A stretch of 58,213 nucleotides of DNA, filler included, from Porpidia crustulata (Eukaryota), in the NCBI GenBank assembly GCA_964255105.1. It is 5 parts of 5 records of this genome, joined end to end, with 100 filler letters (N's around TTAATTAATTAA, not from the genome) between each part and the next. Parts side by side here need not be neighbours in the genome. Positions count along the whole stretch, not along the records: positions 11,691 to 23,269 come from CAXUWE010000635.1; positions 23,370 to 34,927 come from CAXUWE010000636.1; 3 more parts are not named here. The stretch is one strand, 5' to 3'. A program made the position numbers and the translations under genes. Below, one piece after another: positions 11,691 to 24,109 of the stretch (positions are counted from its first letter, which is position 1; each line of letters begins with the position of its first letter). The notes beneath the pieces were generated by a model. The model searched no databases. It saw nothing but the letters and a program-made list of their open reading frames with translations, and was not told the origin of the DNA.

Positions 11691-12280
11691 CCCACACCCA
11701 ACCCTACCACCCTACCCATCCACAGATAAGCTTATCTCCCTAGCGCCAAACCTCGCCCTAGCGTCCCACACTTAGAGACGCAACGGGCCGTCCGGAGATA
11801 CACTAGCCCCGCCCCGGATAAATCGGATTTCACGATTATTGGGTGACTGGTTGACTGGGTGACTGGTTAGTAGAGTGGTAGAGGATTTAAATTCTTTTGT
11901 GATTATTTATCGAATTAATTTTTGGAGATGTTGTTTTTGCGTTAGGAGTGTTGGGTTTGTTTTGGGAAGGAAGGGGTGGTTTTCGTGTGTAAAAGTTGGG
12001 GGAGATCGGGGATTTCTTGCGATACACGCTTCTTCGTAAACCCTAAAAGATCCTTTATTCGTCTTCTACATATATCAGTCCTTTCGCCGTTTCATTAGAT
12101 TGAATATAAGCCGATTACGATTTACCTCAGAAACTTCTTAAGCATTGATATCATGTATGAATAATTAAATTTAGATTTCGTGGAGAAGCCCGTGTTTTTT
12201 TCGTTTTTTTTTTCGGAAGAAACACAAAATTAATTACTCCCTACACGTTTATCTTTCGCATCAAAAACTATCTAAGAGCA

Positions 12281-12444
12281 TCCCATCGTCTGGCAAACGG
12301 AGGGCCACCATGATTATCGGGCACCACACCTATATATATACATACGAATATCTATCATTAAGTGATCGATATAGATATCGTATATATATATATGGGTATG
12401 GTGCCCGATAATCATGGTGGCCCTCCATTTGCCAGACGAAGGGA
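12281..12444. mobile_element. MITE-like long inverted repeat (foldback hairpin)
   Basis: Left arm TCCCATCGTCTGGCAAACGGAGGGCCACCATGATTATCGGGCACCA matches the reverse complement of the right arm at 44/46; pairing continues through (TA)n tracts; flanked by CA and TA. Confidence 0.6.
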
Positions 12445-12647
12445 TATGAAGCTACTTAACCCCCTTGTGTTGCTGAATGGCACGTGCTTGCCGGATGTCT
12501 ATGTTCGAAAGTTAGAGGGTGTGTTACCGCGTAAGGTGTATCGAGCAGTCGATGTCGTACGAGATGCCTAAACCATAGGTCCGTATCTTGACAAACAGTT
12601 ATCCAGTTCAATATCTGGTTCTCCTGCTCTTAGCCACGGTTGTGGTA

Positions 12648-13271
12648 TCAACGGAAAAAACGGCATTCCTCATCCGGATCGCTGTCCGAACTATCGAACT
12701 CCCCGCAACTGCTTTGATCAGATCCAGAACGCTGTTTCGCACGTCGATGCCAAGCTTCTCTCGCAGCTTTTCTTCTCGCTCGTCGCTCATGCTCCTCCTT
12801 CTTTTCCAGAGTTTCCCTACGCCTCTGCTTTTCGTGTTGACACTCACCCGGTCCCCCATCATCCTCCGCGAGAACCATTTTCTGGCACTCTTGACAGAAC
12901 ACAACCACGAACTTCTTACCACCCCGTTCTACGTATTTCCCATAGGAGTATGCCGTGCAACCGAGTGGTGGACTAACGCTACATGTAATGCAGAACCACT
13001 TTTCACTCTCGCAGCCTCCTGGAGCCTTCTTTCTCTTCACTATTTTATCCCCAAACTCGCTTTTGGGTAGCAAGCGTAGACAGTGTTTGCATGTGAATAG
13101 GTCGCGCGCGAGCGCATTATCCTCCCCCTCTGCAACGAGAAGATCATCGTGGGAGAAACGGGGAATGAGACCGTGGAAATGTCGATTTGCCGATCGTAGG
13201 CGCGCTTTGGCATCGAATGGGAGCTTGGCTATGATACAGAGGTGGACCTCGGTTGGGAGGTCGCTCAACAT
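12648..13271 (-). CDS. Small F-box protein with Cys-rich (putative Zn-binding) region and charged tail
   Basis: MLSDLPTEVHLCIIAKLP...LRSANRHFHGLI resembles an F-box; CKHC, CITC and CQEC pairs follow. Confidence 0.7.
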   Translation of the reverse strand: MLSDLPTEVHLCIIAKLPFDAKARLRSANRHFHGLIPRFSHDDLLVAEGEDNALARDLFTCKHCLRLLPKSEFGDKIVKRKKAPGGCESEKWFCITCSVSPPLGCTAYSYGKYVERGGKKFVVVFCQECQKMVLAEDDGGPGECQHEKQRRRETLEKKEEHERRARRKAAREAWHRRAKQRSGSDQSSCGEFDSSDSDPDEECRFFR

Positions 13272-13795
13272 GTTTGGGAAGCTGTCGGAATTAGAGATGG
13301 CTATATCGATGAGGGAGATGGGTGGGAGTTGTCTTATGTTCGCGATGGTGGCTGAGGTTGGAGGTTGGTCAGCCTTAAAATCCTAGAGTTGTCTTAAGGT
13401 GTGGCACAAGGTAGGCCCCGACTTCACCTTTCTCCTAAAAGCCAAATGTCAAATCCATCATTACTCCACGTGACTCTCATCTGCCTGAAATCAACCCTGC
13501 TAGATCTACTAAATACATATGCAAGTGTGACTCTTATAGCATGGGCCTTCGTTTTTCTATCCATGAAAGCTGAGGCGCAAGGCTCTCGACCACCACGTAG
13601 AGTAGCACAAAAGTGACACGGCAGGCTGCCTCGCTGAAAGACGTCTCGGGAAAGTGCGACGTGATTCTTATACTACGTGCTCAATACCTGGGTTTTTCGA
13701 GAATCAAAATTGAGGTCTGATTAGCCCTAATTGAATCCGCACTTTCACATCTGGACCATTTTTTTGGTCACATCTTGGCTCTGCGTCTTGGGGCG

Positions 13796-15484
13796 ATGGA
13801 GGCCGCAGGAATCGTGTTTGGCGCTACCGGGTTTGCTGCTGCCCTCTTCTCTGCATCTGTCGACTGCTTCAAGTTCGTTGACTCATGTCGAGCACATGGG
13901 CGAGACTACGAAATGGTACTTACCAAGCTTGACATCGAAAAGGCGCGACTCTTACACTGGGGTGATGGAGTTGGCTTGTGTCGCGGCGACCCACAGGACG
14001 GAGTTCCTGGCCTAGATTCCAATCAATTGGTTGAGAGGGTGCTCAACTGCATATGTCTTCTTTTGACAGATGTAGATAAATTACGTTCAAAATACGGAAT
14101 GGAGATCAGCGAAGCCTCATCGAGTGCACCCTCGGGAGACATGACTCTTGCACCTGTCAGCCGTTCTAGGCTACTCAGTTTCACGGAGAAATATGCAGAA
14201 TTTCGTCGTCGCATAGCTTTACGGCAGAATCGTACAAGCACGTCGGCCAAAATGACGTGGGCTATCCGTGATTCTTCAGGATTCGCGCTCTTGGTCAACG
14301 ATTTGGGAGAATACATCAAAGGTCTCCGCGAAATCGTTCCGATACCACCTCAGGATCTGCGAAATATGGTCAGCGAGGATATTGAACATTTATCGGTCGA
14401 TTTGGATACGCTTTTACTTGTCGAAAAGGCATGCTCTGATCGAGGAGACGAATAGTCTGAAATTGCGAGTATGCAAGTTGAAGCTAGCGAACGCGGCACC
14501 CAGGATGGCGGAGAGATCAGAGAGTGGATCGAAAATACAAGGACACCCGAGCAGCGGAGCTAACGAGCACATTCACGGCGCCTAAAATCTAGGTACTGGG
14601 CCCGAACCTCAAACACTCTAAGACCAGGCGATGACGCATTCGCAAAGAATTTGATCCAACATGGAATATCTCCTGAAAGGTGTGATTCATTCCAGGACAT
14701 GAACGACTCAAAACCAGGCAACTTAGAGCATATCGGCTCAACACTGAAATAAGCGCAGCCTTCCCTACTGACGTCATTGTTTTCTCACGAAGCCTATCAT
14801 CGTTTCGAGAAGACGAATCGTGTGCGAGCCGGAAGAGCTGTTGAGGACTCTCTCATCTTTCTTCTTACGTCAGATATAGATCCTGCGTGTCTCGCGAGAG
14901 CGATCCCATTCGACTTTTGTAAGAGGCTTACAGATGGGAACCTTCTCAGAGCGTGCCCAGACCTCTTCTCCGGCGCAGTGTCTGATTCACTTGAACAAAA
15001 TGTATTAGAAGCCCTCAGATATATGATTGTCCCATCAAAGACATACGATTGTCCTATTGCACCAAATTTCTTTTTGGAAGTGGCTGGTGGGGACAAATCC
15101 GCAGAAGCTCTTCGACGGACAGCATCCTACTACGGGGCCCTCGGTGCTCGAGGAATATTGAGCCTCCAAAATTGGGGCAAAGAAGGAAATTCGCCAGACG
15201 GCAATGCGTATACCTTCACGTCAACACTCCTTAATGGTACGTTGTGTATCTATGCAACTTATCCCAGGACCTCATCCGGTACGAAATACTCGACGGAGTA
15301 TCGTACGATTCTGCTGGGCTCTTGGGTCCTAAGTGCCTGCTTGGAAGATTTTCAAAGGGGTATGACTGCATTATATAACATTTTCGCTTTGGCGAAAACC
15401 ATAAGAGAGGACTTGATTGCTGCAGTAAACGGAACGTATCTCGGCATTCTGAACTCGGGCACTCTGAGTGATTTAGTCAGCTGA
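13796..15484 (+). pseudogene. HeLo (prion-inhibition and propagation) domain fused to a fungal PD-(D/E)xK-like domain; three in-frame stops
   Basis: MEAAGIVFGATGFAAALFSASVDCF...DYEMVLTKLDIEKARLLHWG...KMTWAIRD...LVNDL is a HeLo signature. The same frame continues through TAG 14453, TAA 14561 and TAA 14750 into ...CPDLFSG...PIAPNFFLEV...YYGALGARGILSLQ...DGNAYTFTST. Confidence 0.8.
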
Positions 15485-18400
15485 GGCAATGGAAATGAAG
15501 CATTCGGACGCGGCGGCCAGCGTGTTGCTACAGAGGTCAAATAGTCTCTCTATCGGTAAGTCACCGGAGCTGCATTTCAGGTGTTGGGATAGTGTATCAA
15601 TTTCTTCAATCTTCATTCATTGTTTTTCTTTACGAAACGAACGCTGTCACGGACTTATTCCTCAGAAGATTTTATTATTGCATTTATTCTGATGTTTGCT
15701 CTTTATTTCTTTATAATATCACGATACTGCTGAATTTGCAACGCGTCATGATTTATTTGTTGTGGGAAAAAGGCTTGATAGGGGTAAACTCGCTTGTCAT
15801 GATAGGGCTGAGGGAGGTCACGGTAGTGTTGCAACAAGCATATAAAACGAGGAAAAGAAGAAATGAAAATATATTCAACGTTATATTTCGTAGACGTAAA
15901 GATTTTATCGGATAAAAGAAAGAAAACAGTGCCATTGAAGGAGAGGAGGTTCTATTACTTCAATATTATTATTTTTCGATTTTTTGGAGTGGAGGACCGG
16001 GGATTAGGTTTATTTCCGGGGTAAAAATAGGGCCTACCAGGCGCCAACCAACCATAAAACAATCCACGCGTTTATAACTCAAAGGAAACAATTTCCTACT
16101 CCAATCAAGAACAGATATCAAATACCATTGCTAGCATCCACACCAAGTCTCCCCAGCATTATTATCAGCCTCATCGTCGCTACCGCCCATCCCACCCCAA
16201 CTCACAAGCCACAGCCTCATTGGCTGTGGCGTTTCAGGCCTTCAGGGGGGGAGGGGCGACCAATCAGCAGCATGGGGTATTGTTTTTGTGTCGTGTACCA
16301 TATTACGTCGTCGGTCTGCTCGGTAGGTGGTAGTAGGCGGGTAGGCAGGTGTTATTGTCTTTTCACGAGCTTGTGGTGATCGTCGAAGGACAGGAATTGT
16401 AGATTGGGGTGGATGGATGGGCGCGAGGTAAGGAGGTCGGGAAGACGTGTCGGGTGGAAGTGTTGCTCTTAGTTTGCGTAGGTCGATACTTGTTCGCACG
16501 TTTTGTTAAGCCGATGTTGGTGAGGCGTTGCGAATCTCTAGACGCGTGCACGAGGGAGGGAAGGGGATAGTCCAGCACAAACGGAACGCTGGCTAAGGCC
16601 CGATGGCATTCTTCGATGAGTCTCTAGGAGCAGTCCTTTCACGCAGGCTTTCGCTACAACCGCGCGGGATGGCCATGGGTGAGATTGTGTTGGATTTCTG
16701 CTTCTTGAGAGGATTGCTGGAAGTTTCAATACGACCACCGCTGAGTCTTTGCGAGTCTTGTCCGCCACCGGATGCCAAGATTTGGGAACCGCTCCTCGCG
16801 TGAGCGCGGGTTTTGTTTGGGTAAGCAATCTTCCTGGGAGTAGATGGCGGACTTTGTGCCTTTGGAACCTCGCTAATCAAAGCGAATTAGCATTTGATTG
16901 TCGGACTGGAAGCCAAGTCGCGAATCACGATGAAAGTACTACTCTACTCTATATTGCGTTAAGTCCGGAAAAAGATGTAGAATACAAAATTCGGACTTAC
17001 AGATCGCAATACAGTAAGAAAGCTGTGAATAGAGGACAACAAGGAGCAATGGGTCCTCTCAGTAGCTAGAGGTTGATAGGGATGGTACAAAGTTTGGAGA
17101 TGTCGAGTCTCGCTTGCGCATTGGAAAAGGAGGCGTCGGACACCCCGTTTTCCACGTCGATAGGCGGTATCGATCGAGCGCGGTGCACGTTGTGGAACTG
17201 TTGAGATAGTTTCAGGGAGTTTGCTCCGGCTTGAGTCCCGGCTTGACGATGTTAGGCCTGTCTTGTTGTGTTTAACGCCAATCGTGCTCAACGCGTCCAG
17301 GACGTATGACCGCAGTTGCCGTACGGTCGTGTTGCATAGACAGTGCAGATGAGGGCGTTTTCGCCCTCGAGTGAGGAATAATACATCTGGGTATAGTGCA
17401 TTAACAAGTGCCAGACCAGCTTCCGGGAGTACCTTCACCGTCACAAGCCTTGCAGACACAACGGTCACTTGTCAGGACTCCACATGCCTAGCATATGCAC
17501 AGAATGGCAATGCGGTTGGGTATTTAGTGAAACGCGCAGTTGGACGCGAAGAGTCATGGATCCTATGCACACTCCTTCACCCGTAAGTCTTTGGCGTCAA
17601 CGACTCCAACGGTAGTGATCCTGCAGCTTCCCTGTCTCTCCGGCTTTGAGAAAATCTAATGCATCCATGGCCAGTGATGCAAGTACCGAGCGTTACGAGC
17701 GATAGCTCCAAACCGACGCAAGGCTTGGGCCGGCTGCGGTTCCCCTTTCATCAGGCGGTAGTGGAGTGAGGCATACACTACAGTCTCAGCAAACTCCCAC
17801 GACATTCAAGGCATGTGATAGGAGGAGGTGCAGCAGATCGGCCAGTGACGGAAGGCCTACTAAAGATTGACCCCTGAAGTATAGGGCTTAAGGTACGACT
17901 GATTAGCGGTGCGTAGCGTGACAATGGCTTCGAGCTATTAGCTCCAAATACTGCAGTCAGAGTCTAGAGAGCAGTAAAATTCGTTGGCTGCCCACGTAAA
18001 TTCAGATTGGGAGGTATACCCACCTCCTTCTTGCATGCATTTGTGATCGAGCAAGCACCATTCAAATGCCTTCGCTCATGTAAATCCCTCACCCATGACG
18101 ATATGGCAAAGCAGAGACTTTCACCCGGCTCTTACGCAGCTCATTTCTTGGCATTCCTCGATCATCCTGGACAATCGTTGGCTCGTAGCACCAATGGGTG
18201 CTTCCCTGCCCTCATGGAGGCCCGCATGCGCCCTTTCGTAGCCTCGTCATTTCCACTGCATATACTTTTGATATGTGTCTGTGGTGCAATTGTGAGCAGG
18301 GACGAGTTTTAATGATAAAATAAGGTTGGCTAATGTACCTTACGGATTACAAACCTTCGTCTCAAACCCTCAATCCTTCACTAGCCAATTCGGCTTTTAC

Positions 18401-21400
18401 TAGCTCAGCCACCAACATTTCAAGATTAGAGTTTGACACACCTTTGACAGATTTAACCATGTCAAATATCGAACCCCGAAGTCGAAATAGAATTAATTCA
18501 TCATTATCTCCGAGGAGCCTCAAAGTTTATTCGAGCTCGTTTGAAATCTTCGGACACAGAAGCTTTCGAAGAGTACAGGCCTGAATTCAATCTTTTGTGT
18601 CAGGACTTGTGTAACCAGCCTGGGTAGAGTAAGATAAGGGACTCACCGCTACTCCATAGCAGGGTGTCGATTGAGATACACTACACAACGATGTACGAGG
18701 ACATGAGTGAGCTTGAGGTACCACTGCCCACTTGGATTGCAGTCCCAGCCTCGGTGACCAATACCTCCTCTTCCAAGGCCTTCCGGGTTGTGATCGTGTA
18801 TGATTGACTGTGGTTTGGAGACTTGGCGGACGCTGCTCCCTCCTCCCAATGCTCAGCCTCGATGATCGCGACACGGTTGGGATTCACTTTCGAATGAATT
18901 TTCGAATGAAGGACTTATTACTCGTAGTTCGACATTTTTACCGTACCGAATGGCGAAAGTGCGCTGGCATTTTATTTCGTAGCCTTGCGATGATCCGACG
19001 CGCAGCCAATCTCTTCACTATAACATAGCTTTAATTGTCCAGTCTATCGCCGAAGGTACTTCTCCCCAACGACCCAAGTAGCGGAAGCATCACTCGACCC
19101 TAAGCACCACTCTTCTTGATTGTCAATTCCAACAATGGTGTTAGGGCCTCCGTTAAGTTCACGCCGAGAGAGAGTTCAAGGTGTATACTGACTTGTCTAC
19201 TACAATGCGTCTGCAACATCCGCCTGACTGTCCAAAAAAGACAACCACCATTGATACTGCCGTCTCGGTCCAGTCAACAAGGATCCTACCTCCATAATAC
19301 AGAGCCAAGTCTCAGCTTCTCAGTATGGTAAACTTGCCGCAATTCCACACGGATGGCAATAACAAAGAGGGAAGGACCAAGAATACCCTTCAAAACCCTA
19401 TGGGCCACAGCCCAACGACGCCTGCGAAAAGGGTCAGTCGGTTGGCAAAGACCTGCTGGAGTACAGGACATGCGGATTGAATCCGTAGGATGTTGGGTAT
19501 ACCGAAAGAGCTAGTAACATACATTGTGGACTTATTTGATGAGGGGAATGGCTTCGCGTCGAAAATGAGATTACCTTCTCAACCATATTCGACAGTCGAT
19601 GATGGAATCTGAACGAGTCATTCAAGGAGCGACAGCACGTCTGAAGGTCGTAGCGATGACAAGGGCCGATGGCTGCGTTGTTTGTGGCAGAATCGCTTTT
19701 CAATCCTGCACTGGGCAGGTCGGTGCAATGACAAGCCCTTTGGTCATCCCATTTCGAATAACAGACATCAGCACAAGCAATAACGAAGCTCCAATCGAAA
19801 ACATTGGAAGTCTAGTGAACGATGACCTACGTGCTTGACCAATTGTCGGTAGAGCTCTCGCAGGACATACTATCTGGCCGTCTTTCCACGGACCGGCCGC
19901 TCCTGGTAGATGTCTAGCAGCGATTCGGCCTTTTCTTCTCGATCTTCTGACCCCCCACAAGTAGGGACTAGAGAGTAATTTAGTTGCACTGGGTGCCATA
20001 CTAGTATATCTAGCTTCACCACAACTTTACTTTACCAAATATTCGATCTCACGCTGCTCTACCTTCGGCGCAACTTGGTCACGAGGTTGGACCTCATCGA
20101 TCCCACCGCTTCGTTCATTTGTCTGAATAATCGACGTGCAATCAGTCAAAAGACAGTAGGCGTTTCGCTTTTCCGATTTCCCTAAACCAAAAGTACCGAA
20201 CCCTGGCCATGCTCACTTCTTATTGAAAGCAACAAGATTTCTTTGATATAAGTACCTTCGAGCTATATTGATGCCAAAGGCCAGAAACATGGCGGGATTT
20301 GCGACGGATCCTACCTGGCCATCGTTAAATATGGCGGTGAACTCGCAACTTGAAGAGCATCCTAGAAGACGAGATCAGATGCATCTGTAAACTTTAAGAT
20401 ATATCCTTAATCTTAACACCTTCACAAGAATGTCAATACAAGTAAACTTCCTGAAAGCACATCATACAGAAGAAAGACCCTTCGAGTAAAGGTACAGAGT
20501 CGTTTGCAAGAGGCTCGAGATTAGTATCCCCACAATGACCATGTCTGGCCGGAAGTGGCTGCTTGTTGATGTGGTCAAAATGGGTGTTCTTGCCAACCAG
20601 AGGGTATTCCTGGTCCATGTGCTTCAACTTTTGTCCTGTCATTGCATATTCTGTGAACATGCTATAGCTCCCTACATCGATTTTAGTCTGATGCGTCTTT
20701 TTCAAGTCCGATCTAATTCATGAGCAAGAGTACTCAATGAAAGCAGTATTGAAAGCTTTTCGGCACAAGCACAAGCCCGCCACGCAACTCGTTCTTGGTA
20801 GAATGGTGTTCTACTATAAATGATGTTACGACGAGCTTGACGTTATTTCGTAGCTTCCTGAAGGCCCACTCATTGTCTTCTCATCCGAGCATCAAGAGGA
20901 GCATCCAAGGAAGTGGGACATTCTGAATTAAATGGGACGGTTCAAATAACTCCAATTCTTCTCATTCAGCAGCTGTCTAATGCCGACGCCTTGAACCTGG
21001 GTTTCACAGTAGGCTGAACCCCTGAGAGTAGGCCAACGCCGGTGTCATGCAACAGAGTCCATTTATTATAGTGGGACAAGGATAGGGACATATTTGAGCA
21101 CTGTTCTGGTGGCGACGATTATTGATCGGCTTACATGCAGTGCTGTCGAGGTTGCTGGTGGCCCTTATCAGGAGGAGTCGGAAACTGTCAGATCAGGCCA
21201 AGTTGCTTTAACGGCAAATATTAAAATGACAGCATGACATTATCATGTTTGCTGTAAACGTTTCCTTCGGCCAAGACCGTCACGTCGAAACTTTCTGTCT
21301 TTACGTTGTGTACGCTGAACATTACGATTCTGCAGGCCATTCTCTGATCGTGACTAAGATCATTTTGTTGGGAGGACAGGCCGAAATCGATGTCCAGGTA

Positions 21401-23269
21401 TCTACCTTCTGACCTTCTCGGCAGATCATCTAGATATCACAGCTCCTTCAACAGATTACCTTGGGCACCCCACGTTGGGACAACTCAGACTTCATAAAGG
21501 CCGATTATCAAGGGTGTGACTATCTACTACTTGGTAGCAAGGAGGTTTAATTAGGCTCATTCCGATGGCCTGGGCAGCATTGCACTATGCGAACTTAAAA
21601 ATCCCTCGCTGGGTCGCTGTTCATAGGCTTTGTGGTGGAGCCAAGCGTCGGACCGGCCTACCGCGACCAGCTAGTCCCTGGAAACAACGATCAAGGTAGT
21701 ACGACACTCTGGTCGTGTTTGAGCGCAGGAAAATCTTAGTCACAAAACTATCATGAATCTGGGGTTTGGCCTAAGCTGCTCAGTAATCTAGCCTATCTTG
21801 ACAAGCACCATCTTCGCCGCTCTGGTAGGACTTCCAAACACGGCCCCCGCAGATTTCACCAGGAACTTCAAGTCCCTGGCTCGAACTAAGAGGAGATTAC
21901 TTTGCAATCAATCCGTTCAACAGTCTTCCATGGACGAACCGTTCTATCTACAAAATTGGTAGAAGATATCTACACCCTGTCATCATTGCCTTTTCTTGCC
22001 CACTTTGCTTCATGAAAATTCGGGAGTTCAGACGATTATGAGTGTCAGATTCCTGCTTAAGTCTACCTCTACCATCCATATCTTCTTGGCTAGATATCTG
22101 AAACGCCATTGCTTGACCAACTTTTCTACAGCTCTATCCCTATTCTAGCAATTGTAACTAACGATGTCTTATGGCTGACACTTCGCAAAGTAGGCGACGA
22201 GACAAGTGCGGTGAATGCGTGGGCTCGCGTCAAACCCCTTTCAAGATTACGAGTTTCCGAACTGCTGTCGGGGTATCCGTCCACCCGAGCCGTCTGGTCT
22301 AGTAGTGCGTGGAAGCACCAATGGAATCTACCTACACACTGATCCATCACGGTGCAGTTATCGTATCGCCATTATGCGTGTGACAGATCGCTTACCCGGC
22401 TGCAACGCTCATTGATCGGCTCGGTACTTATACCTACTTAGGCATGAGCGCCAAACGACTTATAGTATCAACAACGGCCATCCAGGCACCAGGGTCAGTT
22501 AGGGTTAGGTCAATCAAACCGCTTCATCACACTCTCGCATGAACCAACGTTTCCAGCATGACGTTACACCAACTTCTTTCTCTCCCATATTTCTCCCCAT
22601 TCTTTCTGAAATGAACGTCTGGGACGTACTCACTACACATATGGCTGCACTCAAGTCAGCACAGACGTTTTGCGCCTGTTGCCACCAGCGGATATGCAAT
22701 TCTCGGCGAGACTGTAAACTCCCTTTCCCAAATCTCCATGCAAGCCACCGCGCAACTCGGGACCGATGGATTTTTTTCTGGCTGCAGCGATTGTTGAGAT
22801 GTTTTGCTCGAAATTTTCCCCTGCAGCGTGTTGAGTGCATTCCGCTTCATCTGACCCCGCGTTGTAGCGCTAGTTTGATTGCCAGGACTATTCGCATACA
22901 TAATGGATGATGAAGCTGTCAACATGGTGCAGACATCGGATCTTGGTCTCCGAGGAGAACGACAATCTACAGCTATATTGGTAATAGAATTGATAGCCAG
23001 ACATAGCCGAACGTCCATTGAGAGCAGCAAAACCCACAACTAGATACCACTAACCATATTAAACCCGGCAGCCCATTGGCGAGAACCATATTATTCACCC
23101 TTCAAGAGCTCCTTATTCACGGTGTGGCACAAAATCAGCTACCAACCCAAACCCAAGCTCACCGTTGCTCAATACATCCTGAACACAGGCACATGGTACC
23201 ACCTACGCCATCCGCCTAAACTAATCCAATACCTCTAACCCCCCTGGATCACGTACAACACACCTCTAC

Positions 23270-23369
23270 NNNNNNNNNNNNNNNNNNNNNNNNNNNNNNN
23301 NNNNNNNNNNNNNTTAATTAATTAANNNNNNNNNNNNNNNNNNNNNNNNNNNNNNNNNNNNNNNNNNNN
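23270..23369. other. Artificial contig linker
   Basis: N44-TTAATTAATTAA-N44. Confidence 0.99.
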
Positions 23370-24109
23370 TGTGGAAGAGAGGGCGAGGGTAGGGGCGTTC
23401 GGAGGGATCAACCAAGGATCGGGTGGAGATGGGGGATTCGCGGGAGCTGGTGAGGTCGGCGTGGTGCGGGCCTCCTGTGCTCGGAATTCGGAGGCCGGAC
23501 GCTTGGGCTTCGAGCATGAGTTTTTCCGAGACGCTGTCGTGCCACTCTAACATGCTCACGTCGGGTTTAGATGGCAAAGCTTCTTTGGGGAGGATGGTCG
23601 GGAAGAAAAGGCCGTCTGCTGGATTTATGATCTCGAAGCGCTTGACGGCTTCTTGCAGGAATGGCACATGCTCTTCGGGTTCGAGCAGCAGCTGGACAGT
23701 CTGCCATCTCACAAAGCCCTGCGGTGTAAGCGCCGGGATCGCAGGTGGTGCGAAAGGGTCTCTTTCGGGTTGCAGGGTGTGGAAGCATCCCATCGACTGG
23801 TATATGAAGGACAGAGATGTCGGCGGAGTTTCATTGAAGAGTGGGTCGTAGTTCCCGCCTACGACGCGATAGAATGCTGCCAGCTTGGCTGGTGTCAGAC
23901 AATGAATATCCCATGGTGCGATTTGCTCAGTCTGTCGCAAGCAGCTGGTCAGTACCCTAGCGCAGAAGAAGGAACGGTCGTTGGAGCTGAAGTCATACTA
24001 TATAGTTTGCAATGCCAAGCAGCAATTGCTCAAACACAAAGGTAGGACTTTTGTCCGCCTTGATCAAATAAGGGCCCCAGAAGTCCCCAGTCAGCGATGT
24101 GCTGGTCAT
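23370..24109 (-). CDS. Conserved fungal hypothetical protein; 3'-partial
   Basis: Exon 1 MTSTSLTGDFWGPYLIKADKSPTFVFEQLLLGIANYI; intron 23932-23998; LTPAKLAAFYRVVGGNYD...IPALTPQGFVRWQTVQLLLEPEEHVPFLQ, a motif set I recognise from a widespread uncharacterised fungal family. Truncated at the contig end. Confidence 0.8.
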
